From positions 42,797 to 84,792 of the forward strand of contig CALSCP010002358.1 in NCBI GenBank assembly GCA_943704425.1: DNA of 41,996 nucleotides. The letters run 5' to 3'. The DNA is from Ministeria vibrans ATCC 50519 (taxonomy: Eukaryota; Protista; Filasterea). This document shows, piece by piece, positions 1 through 18,135 of the stretch (the first letter of the stretch is position 1; every line of letters begins with the position of its first letter). The notes under the pieces were generated by a model, which did no database searches, was not told where the DNA came from, and saw nothing but the letters and a program-made list of their open reading frames with translations. The position numbers and the translations under genes are program-made.

Positions 1-79
1 AACCTTTTTTTTTTTTTTTTTTTTTTTTTTACTTATGTGTTTTGCAATGTTTTTGTCGTCACACTCTTCTCGTTCGCAG

Positions 80-3000
80 ATTGTCTCGTTGCTGCACGGC
101 AAGCGAGCGCAGCTGCACACGGTTGATCGATCGGGCGCGACTCCGCTGCACTACGCGGCGTATCTCAATGAACTTGACTGTGCGCGCACCCTTCTCGATC
201 TGGTCGGCGCAAAGGCGTCTCTGGCGCGCGACCGCAAGGGGCGCACGCCGCTGCACTATGCCGCGCTTGGCGGCCACACGGAGATGATTGGGGTGCTGCA
301 CGCGAGCGGTGCGAACCTCATGGTCGCGGATCGCATGGGTCTGTTGCCCGTGCATGCTGCTGCCTGCTCAGGCCGCGCCGACGCCGTGCAGGTTCTCGAC
401 GAGTTGCTCACGACCACCCGAGGGCTCGATGCCCAAGAGGTTACCATGTTGCGCGACGGAAAGCAGCGCACCGTGTGCCATCTGGCCGCCACGCGTGGTT
501 TTTGGGAGATTGTGTCGGATCAGCTCAGACAAAGTGTTGATGTGGAGGCGCGCGATGCTCAGGGTCGCACCATGCTGCACAATGCGTGTAGTGCCGGCGA
601 TGAGGACAGTACCGAGTTGCTTCTTCAACGTGGTGCCAATGTGGACGCGCGCGATACGGCCGGAAACACGCCCCTCATGTGTGCGTGTGGACAGGGCCGA
701 GTGCGTGTTGTGGACATGTTACTCAAGGCAGGTGCGTCATGTCACTTGCGCAACGAGAGTGGCGACGCTGCACTCCACTTTGCTTGTTACACAGGCTGTG
801 TATCCTCGGTGGCGGCACTGTTGGCGGCGGGCGCAGACGCGCGAATGGCCAACGGTGACGGTAGACTACCGTTGCATGTGGTGGCGTCTGCAGGCAGTGT
901 CGGCGTGTGTCGTGTGCTGCTGGAGCACTTTGGCGACGACGAGACTGTTGGCGCCGTGGTGGATGCTCAAGGACGCACCGTGTTGCATGCGGGTGCGAGT
1001 GCAGGGCGTACACTCAGTGACCATCATTTGCATCATCATCACGATGCGAATGGTGGTGTCGGCGCTGAGCGTGACACTGCCGCCGGTATCCTCATGACTC
1101 TGTTGGGGGTCAAGGGCGCCAATCCGTTGCTGCGCGATGCTCTCGAGCGCACTCCATTGCACTATGCAGCGATGCGTGGCGATGCCAGTGCCTGCCACCT
1201 ACTCACCATGACGTGGCCGTCGCCGGCCGACATGGACGACAGCGCGGGGTGCTCGCCCCTCTTCTATGCGGCTGCCACTGACTCAACGGGCTCCTGCACT
1301 CGCTGTCTCTTGCATGCCGTGCGTCGGCACCAGGCCATTGAGCGCAAGCAAGCACGAACGGCAGCAAGGAAAGCGTTAAGTGTGGAGGAAATTCCAACGA
1401 GAAGGGCACAGGGGAACGACAACAGTGACAGCAGCGACTCGGACAGTGTCGACTCGGACGATTCGGACGACATTGGTGAGAACGCCGACGCTCCAGCGCC
1501 ACCGTTGAGTGTCGTCGCACGCACCGAACGCACCTCACAGCGCACTCCTATTCATGTGGCGGCGCTCCATGGACACTTAATGGCACTGCGTTTGCTGCTT
1601 GAGGCGGCGCCGACCGAGGCTCTCAACCTGCCAGACGCGCAGGGGCACACTGCATTGCACTTGGCCGCGGCTGGTGGACACACGACTGCCGTGGAGTGTC
1701 TTTTGCTGGCGGGCGCCGACTCGAACGTGTGCGCCGAGGGTGGGTTCACGGCACTCGCCATTGCATCGGCACTCGGTCATGTCGAGCCGTGTCGGTTGCT
1801 GGCGCAGACGTCGAGCAATTTGGACGAGCCGGCCACCGAGCACGAGTGGACGCCGTTGCATCTAGCGGCTATTGCGGGTCACTCGCGTGTGGTCGACCTG
1901 CTTGTGTGCGCTGGGAGCGACACGGATGCGCAGGACACGGAGGATTGCACGCCGTTGATGCTGGCGGCGGCGGGAGGTCACGACGCGTGTGTGGACAGTC
2001 TCGGAGATTGCGACATTGACTGTACTTCGGGGCAGGGGCAACGCACGGCACTCATGATTGCGGCTGCCGAGGGCCACAGCACGAGCGCGCGCTTGATTGT
2101 GGCACACGGTGGTGATGTGTCACGACGGGACGCACACGGACGCACTGCACTGCACATTGCGGCGGCCGCTGGGCACGCCGACGTGTGCTCGGTGCTCGCC
2201 GATGACGCTCTTCCTGAAGTGTTGACGGCTGCCGATTCTGGTGGATTCACAGCGTTGCATCTTGCCTGCTACGCGGGCCACGCAGACGCGGTACGTGCTC
2301 TCTTGACTGCAGCGAGTGACTTGGATGGCCAGATGGGCGAGGAGGGCGATGAAGTGCGCCGGACACTCAGTGCGCCGTCGCTCAACGAAGGACTCACGCC
2401 CTGGCATTGTGCGACGCTCAATGCACATGTGCCCGAGACGCTCATTGAGGTGCTGAGTGAAGTGTCGGCGCACGTGGAAGCGAACACAGGGCACGGTCTG
2501 GACCCGTTGACATGCGACCTACGTGGCCGTACGGCGCTTCATGCGGCCGCCATGATGAACAGTGCTGAGGCGTGCACTGCGCTTGCGGCGTATGTCCCTC
2601 AGATTCTCAATGTGCGCGACCGTGGACGAGAGTGGACGGCCGCCATGCTCGCGTGCCGCTGTGGCTCTGTCGAGGTGGTCGAGGCTCTTATTGCGAACAA
2701 CGCAGACATGTCTGTGCGCGACGCACATGGCAACACAGTACTTCATGCTGCTGCACTCATGTCGAGCGAGCCCGACTGTCTCTCACACATTCTTGGTGAA
2801 GCATGCCACGTCGATGAGCTGGTGAACACGGTCAACGCGGCCGGCGAGACACCCTTACACATTGCAGCGCGCGCGCGCGACGACGCAGCACTCACAATGG
2901 TCGAACAGCTGATTGAGTCGGGGGCCAGTGTGGACGTGTGCTCAGGGAGGGGCACTACGCCCGCGCAAGAGGCGCGTCAGGCGGGCCATGATGTCGTCGC

Positions 3001-3784
3001 GGACTACATCGCGTCCAAGCAGCAGCAACAACAACACGGTGCTGTGGATGATGGAGAGGGTGGTGATGACGATGATAATGGGACTGAGGTTGTACCGTCT
3101 GAAGGTGCGACTTTAAAACAATAAATTATTATTATTATTATTATTATTATTGAGAGAGTGAGCGAGTGTGAGTGAGAGAGAATGAACAATCTTATAATTT
3201 TTTTTCTCTTGTTCATCGGAACAGAATTTATCTCAGAACACCGGAATGTACTGCGGGATATGATGCGAACACGGGCGAATGTTGATGAGGAGTTGTTTGA
3301 AGGGGTTGCGACGGAGGACACAGAAGAAGAAGCAGAAACAGCAGCAGCAGCAGGAGCAGCAGCAGCAGTGGAAGAAGAAGAGGAGGAGTGTTTTGAGGGT
3401 GGAGAAGGGAGTGCGGATGAAGTAGTGGGGGGTGCTGAAGTGAAGGACGCTATGGCTGAAGCGAGTGGTGTAGAGGAAGAAGAAGAAGATGAAGATGATG
3501 ATGAAGAAGAGGAAGAAGAAGGAGAAGGAGAGAGGGATGGGAAAGAGGAGAGCACTGTGCGTTTGCGAAGGGGGATTGTTGAGACGGATGAAACGAAAGG
3601 GAGCAGGGGAAACGCACGAGATGGTGATGGTGATGAGAAAAAGAAAAAGAACGAGAATCGTCGCAGTAGCAGTGGGAATACGAATACGAACAATCGATCG
3701 TCTCGTGCGCTTATTGTGGTGATGGGACTCATTGCGACTGTAACGGCGCTTGTTGTGTTTCAGGGGCACCACCATCGCACTTGA
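80..3784 (+). CDS. Ankyrin-repeat protein (~20+ repeats, ANKRD28/44/52-like), 5'-partial, with acidic linker and C-terminal transmembrane anchor
   Basis: Repeated G-x-T-[PA]-L-H-x-A-A motifs throughout ORF 35..3124. Acceptor 'ttcgcag' ends at 79. Intron 3105..3224 (G|gtgcga...acag|AA) joins in frame to ORF 3182..3784, which ends ALIVVMGLIATVTALVVFQGHHHRT*. Confidence 0.85.
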
Positions 3785-4117
3785 ATGAGCGTGTTTAAGA
3801 CTGGGAGAGAGAGAAATAGAAATCAAAGTTATAGAGAGAGAAAGAGAAGAAATATAGAGATGGAGGAGGGAGAGCCATCGATCGAGAACAGTAAAGTTAT
3901 AGTAAGAAAATTATTTTTGTTTTTAGTCAAATTCATTGCATGGGAGATAGAAAGAGAAGAAGAGACGGAGGGAGGAAGAGAGCACATTGAAGAAACCAAT
4001 CGAGGTAGCCGAAAACTTTTGCATTGCATGTATAAATCAAAAGATCATTTATTAATTGTATGCGAGTGAATAAGGATTTTATGTAATTTTTGTATTGTGT
4101 ACTCTCTCTCATTCGTT

Positions 4118-8761
<4,644 letters not shown>

Positions 8762-9395
8762 GTGGAAAAAATGTGAATAGCCCAAAAGACACGATCAAAG
8801 ATGACTAGGAAACGACGATTCGATCTGTGCGCCACACACAGCAATATGACGATCAATTCACCAAGTGGCAGCAGGTGAGTAAAGTATGGAGTGCATCGAG
8901 ACCATTTGTCTCTCATTCTTCAGCCATGGTTGAGGAGAATGTTCTGTCTCCTCTCTCAGATCACTCACACTGATCCTTCACTCATCACTCGTCCCAATTC
9001 CCACCAGAAATTCAGGACATGGCGCGCGAGATATTGTCGACGCAAGCCCATCGTTGACTGTCCGTTGTATCGCCAATGGGCTTTCATGGCGCAATTATTA
9101 GTCACCCCTCAGGTTTAAGAATTGACAGGAGACCCAAATGTGAAATGCGAAGGAAATGGAAGGCGATGAGTTTATATAAACCAGTTTCTTGATCGGAATA
9201 ACGAATGTCGGTCAGCCTGATGAGTCTGTGGGTGCTTCCTACAAGGGATGGTGTCCCATTCTCGATAATATAAAGAAAAAGATATTGATTGGATATTTAT
9301 TGCAACAATTGAGACAAACGATCTCGCCAGATAACCCATAGACACACGCACACACACACACACGAGAGAGAGAGAGAGAGGCCAGATGGTGTGGT

Positions 9396-10356
<961 letters not shown>

Positions 10357-10813
10357 TTGAGTTGAAGGGACAAGAAAAGAGTGATCACTGATCAGTGATC
10401 GGTGAATGGGATCAAAAAAAAAAAAGTACCAATTTATTCCTATATCTGCTCCTTCTCGATGCTCCTGTAGCTTAAAAAGACAGTAAACAGTATAAAAAAA
10501 GTGGTTCTAACTAATACTTCTGAGTTCTGTCAGTTTGTGTTGTCACTTTTCATTGATAATAAAGTGGAAATTAGTGTCGATTAATTGTTGGTTCTTGATC
10601 CACCAGACCCGCTGACTGTGGCAACCAGGCAAAGGCTACTTGTGAATTTTGATGGTAGGCTGTGATCAATGCTATGATTGAGAAGAAATTCATACAATAT
10701 TAATTCTGTGGAAACAAACAGAAGTAAAAATAGGTTTGGCAATGAACGGCACACTTTTTTCTTTTCTACAGCACAACTCGTGTGTTTATTAAGGATCCTT
10801 ATTGGCAATAAAA

Positions 10814-10845
<32 letters not shown>

Positions 10846-10849
<4 letters not shown>

Positions 10850-11636
10850 ACCAATGACTCGGCGACAGATTGATTTGTGTCTCGCAAGGCACCCAGTGAG
10901 TGCTCGTGCAGCTTGGACTGGGCATACTCATCCGCCAGCAACTCATCTGTGGTCCTGGCTGCTCCGCTGAGCTCAGAGGACTCATCGTTTGGCTCGGGCG
11001 CATTGAGTAGGCCATAGCGCACAAGAAGAATCCCACATAGAATCAGAAAGAGCATTTGGCCCACAGAGTAAAATACAGTGCCCACAATGATTCGCGAACT
11101 GTCAATATTCGTAATCTAAAGGCAAACATAAAGGTAAACAAAAACGTGATCATAAATAATAAAAAATAATGCATTATTCATACTCTTGTGCAGGTCAGCG
11201 CCAAATCCCAACCACACAAAATGGTCCGAATGCCAAGAAAACTCAAATCAATGCAAATTCCACCCTGAACAAACGACGTCACATCACAAAATGCCTAAAC
11301 GCGAGCGAAAATAATACAAAGAGTCAGAGGGGGATAACACAATAATTTGACTTTGGAGACGTACATTGACTGCAAATTGAATTCCCAGAGCAATCAGACC
11401 CATTGCAAAGAAAAGCAGTGAGACAATGTTTGCCATACAAATCAGAATAGTCGCAAAGATTGTCAGACACTAAAATTAATAGAAATGAAAGAAAAAGAGA
11501 AAAATTAATGAGTTTTGATGAGATGTAAAAATATTAATAATTAGTGGAGAAAGGAGCGCAGTTTTAGCAAGCGAATTTATAAACAAAGTGAAGAGAGGGA
11601 GACAGAAAGGAAGTGATATAACGTGAGTGAGTGAGT

Positions 11637-11729
<93 letters not shown>

Positions 11730-12918
11730 TGTGTGTGTGTGTGTGTGTGAAAGGGGCCACAAGACAGGTTGTACTATTACGAAACCCTCTCAAACGAAAA
11801 AAAAATGGGGGATCATTTTCGGAATCGATTCAGTCTATCAAAATATTCTTGAGTGACGCATTCGTCTTACCCGCGCAATTTTCTTGAAAATTGTGCCGCT
11901 CTTGCGAAGTTTCTTGTCACGTGAGCGCACGCAGACAGCCATAAATAGGTCAACATCGCCAAATATAGCGAAAAGAAAGACAATAGCATCCATGAGAAGG
12001 GCACAGAAGGCAAAGGTGATCATCAGTTTTTGGAGTGTGTCGAGCAGCGCAATGTAACCCAAAACCATCTCAAGCGTGTCAAAGAGTTGTTGGAACCCGA
12101 CCAGAAGAGTGGCAAATCCGATGGCCGAGATTAAGAATGCGACTGTGCCTGTAATAGGCCAACTAAAGAGAGAATGCATAAGAAAGGTTGTTGCCGGTTG
12201 GAGTGACACGTACTGAGCAAGAAGAGCATAAGCCAATTGTGTCAGAAAAGGTTGATTATCGGGCGATTCCTTCCGTGACTCGCGACGTTTCTTCAGACGG
12301 ACGCAGTACACAATGACAAGCAGAGCCACAATCACACAAAAGACACACCCCAGAATCAGAGTGGTTCCCGCAATCATGTCGGGAGAAAATCCAGTGTAAG
12401 TGACAAAGTCAGGTTCGCCCGCCACTAGTTGACCGGGAGCAGGACAGTCATACACAAACGACGCATTCCAATTAGGGGTGCTGGGATCGAAGGGCGGAGC
12501 GGGTCGCGCACTCTCGCGAACGTTGAAGAAGTCTTTGCCGTTGGGTCCCGATGGGCCTTTATCGGGTCCCAGCGCCCTGCAAAAATGAAAGGAGGGAAAA
12601 GGTGAATAGCAATAATACAAGAGTATACATGTACAATCACACACACACAGTTCATTCATGGTTTCTTCTGACTCTTACTCTCCGACTGCGTCTTTGAGCT
12701 GATCCTCCAACTCCTTTGGGAGAACACTTACGCCAAGAATAAGCCCATTCCAAATGGTTTTGGTCGCGGTGTACCAATAGCTCTCAGAACAACCTTCATG
12801 TGAAAGGATTGTCTGATTGAAACTGAAAAACAAAAACATGAATGAGATGGGGTTTTTTTGGTGAGTTGGAAAAATTATTTATTATTATTATGACTGCCAT
12901 TATTGTTAAAATAATAAT

Positions 12919-12950
<32 letters not shown>

Positions 12951-14595
12951 ACAGCTTATTATTGTTATTATGTTATTATGTTATTGTTCTTAGTATTTTA
13001 GTATTATTATACGTATCGTATAATAACAACAAAACTATATTATTTGCATTACTTGTAACAGTCCCAACTGATTTGCTCGAGTTCAGGATAGAGAGGAATC
13101 TGCTGTTTGGCCAATCCCCAGTCACCTGAAAGCAAAATTAAATATTACAGTGAAAATTGACATTAGGGTTACAATTGTCGAAGAGAAGAATTAGAGAGTC
13201 GTACCTTGATAGTAGCCAAAAGTGGTGTTCTGGTACTGCTCAGTGGGCTCGTTTGGGTCTGAAAGAATCGCATCGACTTGTGCTTCGTATTCCCAGGGCG
13301 AAAGGAGCTCCAGGACATTCGAAGAAGTGGGTTGAAACTGACGAGAGTAGGAATAGAAGTCAGTCCGTCTCTCTTCTGTTTCCCTCTCACCCCCCTCTCT
13401 TCCTTACGACTAAAGTGGGGTCTGCAATTGTACGATCGAGAATATTGATATTATTGAGATTGGCAATAACGGCCAAATTCACTTGGGCGTAAATATGAGA
13501 TTGAGCACTCACAACATCTACAAAAAAAAGTAAAAAAAACAAAACAAAAACAACAGTAAAAACGAGTTGAAACGAGAGGTATAACACAAAGAAGTCAATC
13601 AATGCCATTCTTCTTACATGATCCGTGTGAGTCTAAACCCGCATAAGTCTACAGTGCCAGAGAAGAGTCACAAAGGGAATGAGAGTGAGTGAGTGAATTC
13701 AGAGAGAGAGAGTTTGTGATTTTTTTTTTAAAAAAAGTGATAGTCTTACGATTGGGTGAGTTCCGTTTCTGAGCATAAATTCACAATCCCCGACAAGGCA
13801 GTTAAAAACCTACAAGAAAAGAAAGAAGGAAATAAATAATAAATTCACTCATTCCCTTTCACACATACTGACTCAATCTGATTCTCATCCAGACAATCTA
13901 ACTCACTCTCATTGCAATTCAGGCCATCTGACTCACTCACATTCAAACATCCTCACTCTTATTATAAAATCAAACTTGCTCTCTCTCTCACCTGATTGAA
14001 TCCATGAGCATCAATCACAATCCGCACAATCGTCTTCAAGTCCCGACACACCTCCACTTGAATATGTTCCCAGTCTCCTTCATGTGTTCCCACATGACAC
14101 ATCACATACCTGGTTTTATATAAAAGAAACAGTTTTGGTTGTTTCCGTTGGCTTTTTAGCAGAATAATATAATTTTAATTTTTTTTGTTTTTTTCTGACT
14201 GGAAAATGTAACGGGTGTCTGGTTCAAAAGCGGAATAGTCCAGCGCCTGATTTGAACAGCCGTTGTATGAGTACCACATATGGTAATTGAAGACAAATGT
14301 GCGACTCGTTGAGTTTTCAGCCAGATGGAAATATATTGGCGCCTAAAAACACAATAAATATGATAGTTAGCTGAAAATTCTCTTGGGATTGCGTGGCGTT
14401 GTACTGTTGATCCGGTGGTTTCGTCAAAGGGCATTCCAGAATAGTCAAAGTCGGTGTCGTATGCTGAGAGATAAAGCACACTTGGAGTGGCATTGTACTT
14501 TCGTGTCATCTCCAACAGATTGCGCTCGGTCGCCTAAACCCAAACATCCATATTTATGAGTAATAATAATAATACTAATTATAATAATAATAATA

Positions 14596-14661
<66 letters not shown>

Positions 14662-15357
14662 TAATAATAATGATAATGATAGAATTATTATTATTATTAA
14701 ATTTTTCTGATTATCACCAAATTTTAATACGTCTTATTCGTCTTACTGCGCCCAAATTGGTCCCATTCTCGCGTTCGAATATGCTCGCAGCGGCAAGAAA
14801 CCGTTTTGGGTCGTCCAGACGGTACTTTTCAAGACGATGCATGAACACAATCCTGCAAAAACAAAACGTAAATGAAATGCGTAAACGGAGAGACTGTGCA
14901 TCTTCGAGCAGATCGTTTCAACGTCAAATTTCGTTGGAGGTCACACGCGCAACAAAACGGGCAATGTAAGACTGGAGGAAGCGCGGAGCAGCGTGCGACA
15001 CTGCCATGTGTGGCTGTGGGAGGCGCACGGGCAGGCAGCAGGGCCGGGTGGGCGGCAGAAGGAGCGAGAACGACACGAACGGTGCATACGGTGCGAATTC
15101 CCAGGCACGCGCAGACACGGTCGCGCGGGACACGGAGCAGTTGCAGTTGCATGCATTGGCAACATCTGCGTCGGTGACGTCGTTGGTGATCGGCTACAGG
15201 GCAAATGGTGAGGCGTGATCACAGAAACATCCTAAACAAGGTTAGTTTGTACCGCGATCGGTCCAGCACACTCGACGGGCGCGTCTGGTTCAACAAGGGC
15301 CGTTGAGTGCCGCGCCAGAGACACAACAATAGCGACGAACAGAAGAGGTGATCGCAT
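10846..15357 (-). CDS. Multi-exon membrane protein: signal peptide + Vps62-like domain + TM + myelin proteolipid (PLP/DM20/M6)-like 4-TM domain
   Basis: Signal MRSPLLFVAIVVSLA. Vps62-type motifs FAPIVFMH, APIYFH..FNYHMWYSYNG and HEGDWEH (~14065-14090). TM MIAGTTLILGCVFCVIVALLVIVY, then four more hydrophobic segments with the loop FC...ICIDLSFLG...LCGWDLALTC. The 3' end is approximate. Confidence 0.75.
14560..14670. repeat. (AAT)n microsatellite (intronic)
   Basis: Directly visible; a similar tract lies at ~22473-22535. Confidence 0.95.
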
Positions 15358-15734
15358 GATCGGAAGCAAAATAAAAATAAACAAAATTATTCCAGTTTAC
15401 AATCAATCAAAATACGCGACAACACAAAAGCTTAGAAGCACTTTCTAAGATAGAGGCTTAGAGGACTGTCAAAACTCGGAAGCATCGAAACTCGAGAGGG
15501 AACAAAAAGTAAAAACAGGTTGGCTGATGGCCATAGTGAGTCAGAACAAGGATATATATGCGGGGTTTACAGAAAAATACTATAATGATTAATGAGAAGT
15601 TAACTCGTCTGAGTGTGTGACAGTCGTCATAAATGTCAAATGACGTAATGTTAATCACTATAGTCTTGGCTGAGTTGCGGAATGGATGTCGCGGGTGTAA
15701 AAACTTCATTTATTTCACGTGTACCCACTGTCAC

Positions 15735-16225
15735 TCAGGCGATCACAGTGCTCTTGGAGGCCAGAAGAGTACAAGAGGTGCCGGCGAGGGTAGACACATC
15801 ACCCACGTTCATTGCCGAGCCGGCGTGGTTGGTGAACGTACAGGCGGCGCCATTTTGGGGCTGCTGCTTGATGATATCGTCGGCATCGTCGTTGTTTACC
15901 GCCAGTGTGACCGTGAAGATGGATTCAGTCATCGAATCAAGCGAGCAAAAGAAAAAGCCCGTCGACAGCTCGGTGCAACGGCCGCGCTGGTAGAGGCTGG
16001 AAAGAGCTTGGTTGGCGGGCAATTGAGCGAACGTGTAGAGAGAGTCTTGGGTCGCTATGCCGATAGTTCCAGAGCTACAAAGACCGGTATTTCGAAGATG
16101 ATAGTTATTATGTAACTTCCCAGGGCCAACACCACCATTATTGTACCAGTAAGCCTCGGTTTGACAACGAGAGAAGGCCGCGTTGGCAATAGAAGTTGCG
16201 AGCACAGCAAACAGAGCAATTTTTC
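15735..16225 (-). CDS. Small secreted protein of unknown family (paralog A); start codon unresolved
   Basis: Open frame KIALFAVLATSIANA|AFSRCQTEAY...CTLLASKSTVIA* with a signal-peptide-like start; aligns by eye with paralog B. Confidence 0.65.
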
Positions 16226-17510
16226 TATCGTGAGTGAGTGCGAGAGGCGTTCAAATTAAAGGAAGATCAGTTGGAGGAAGAAATTTAAAGAAGAAGAAAA
16301 GAGTTTTGTTAATGAGGCAGTGACCTTGTTTGTGATAATAAAATGCAAAAGTGGGCGGTTTGGGTTTGTTAAGAAGAGGCAGTATGTCTAGCCTGAAACG
16401 CGCGACTGCTTTAGCAAGCAGAAGCAAGCCGTCAAGAAGAACAAACACCAACAGAATAACAAAAAAATTGAGCAAACGTTCGCTGCACACGAGGTGAAAC
16501 CACAGGGCTAAAAGAACTGAGAAACGGATATTCTTTGCTGACATGCTTCCACACTATCGTCATCTGCGGTATAGCGGCGTTAGTGCCGATATAAGGGAGG
16601 GTCTCGCTCGGGAAGAGATCGGGAAGTTCTCGGGAAGATCTGTGTTTGATACACCCACACGGCTATTTTTGATACATTGGGTCCTCAGCCATGCCATCGC
16701 TCCCACAGAAAGATGGAGACTATCGAGTGACAGGTCGTCGAAAGCGAGCAGTGTTTATACACACAGATTGCGACCCACAGCGACAAAGAAATTGAGCGAA
16801 ATTTCAGCGAAATTGCTAAAGAACGTTCATTCCTTCCACTGTGGCCCTACCAGGCTCAAGATCGCGTTAACGTCAAGCGTATTAGCCATAAGCCATGTGT
16901 AGAGCAGATGCGCTTGAGATCCATCAGCAATACCGCCAGTCTCTCTTTTTTTTTTTTTTTTTTGGTTTTTTGCTTGGAATTTTTTTTCCTTGCGACTTGT
17001 TTGTGGAACTCTCTTACAGAGTAAACATGATTCAGATTGCAGGATTCTTCTTCTCGGTTTCGAAGCGGTAAACGGTGGCAAAACTCAGAAAGATATCAAA
17101 GAATAAGTGGTTAATAAACAAACCGTTAATTGGTGAAGGAGGAGGGTTCAAAAGAAGTTCAAAAACGACTCCTATTGGATTCCTATTCGCTTTTCCTTCA
17201 CTTTTTTCTCATTATTTTACTATCACGACAAAAACACACTAGCCGCCCTATAGCCGACCTGTTCCGCCTGTGTAACACGGGAGCGCCCCCGCCGCCCCGC
17301 AGCCACCTGGACTTGCCGCCGCCGACCTCCGATCCGATTGCTTCAACCACGACTTCACCACGACTTCGACTTTACACTCCTGACAGACACCTTCATGCAT
17401 GGTGGCAGAGCCCTAAGCCTCCACTGGAGGTATGGCGTACCATTGCGATTGCCTCACTGGATAGCGTCGACACAGTACTATGACCTGCCACTGTTTTCAT
17501 GTTACCTCCC

Positions 17511-17712
17511 CTTGAATCAATTCTCAACTTTATCTCTTTCTTTCTCCTCTCTTTCATTCACGTCTGACGGTCTGAGTGACGTCTCGCTCAGTTACTCAGT
17601 GCTCGCCAATACAGTTGTTAGTTTTTATGATTACATGCTGTACACCGACAGACTGTGTGTGCGTGCTGAGTGCTTAGTGTGTCTTTGTGGTGTCTTTGCG
17701 TTGTGTGTGTGT
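17511..17712. repeat. Dispersed direct repeat copy 1 (paired with 23817-23972), followed by a (GT)n/TGCTTAG compound satellite
   Basis: cttgaatcaattctca...ctgagtgacgtctcgctcagttactcagtgctcgccaatacagttgttagtttttatgattacatgct is near-identical at both sites. Confidence 0.92.
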
Positions 17713-18135
17713 GCTTAGTGTGTGTGTGTGTGTGTGTGTGCTTAGTGTGTGTGTGTGTGCTTAGTGTGTGTGTGTGTGTGTGTGCTTAGTGTGTGTGTGT
17801 GTGTGTGTGTGCTTAGTGCTTAGTGTGTGTGTGTGTGTGTGTCTTTGTGGTGTGTGTGTCTTTGCGTTGTGTGTGGTGTGGTGCTTGCGTTTTCGAAAAA
17901 TAATTGCATATTCATGCTTTGCTCTGATCATTAATTAAAATAAAACATATTGTAATAAGTAAACGACACCGAAAAGACACCTCCTACTTAGTACTTACCC
18001 AGCCAGACACTGAAAGCGCAGCCAGCTATACACTATCTAAGTTGAGTTTTCTTCCAGCTTTTACCCTCCCACAAAGAACATTTATTCGGAGTTCATTCAA
18101 CACTGGCTGGGGTGTACTCCATGGGCATGTTATGA

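Noticed and set aside
3182-3784. Stand-alone 200-aa acidic protein
   Set aside because: Its ATG lies in an intron; it is better explained as the last exon of the ankyrin gene.
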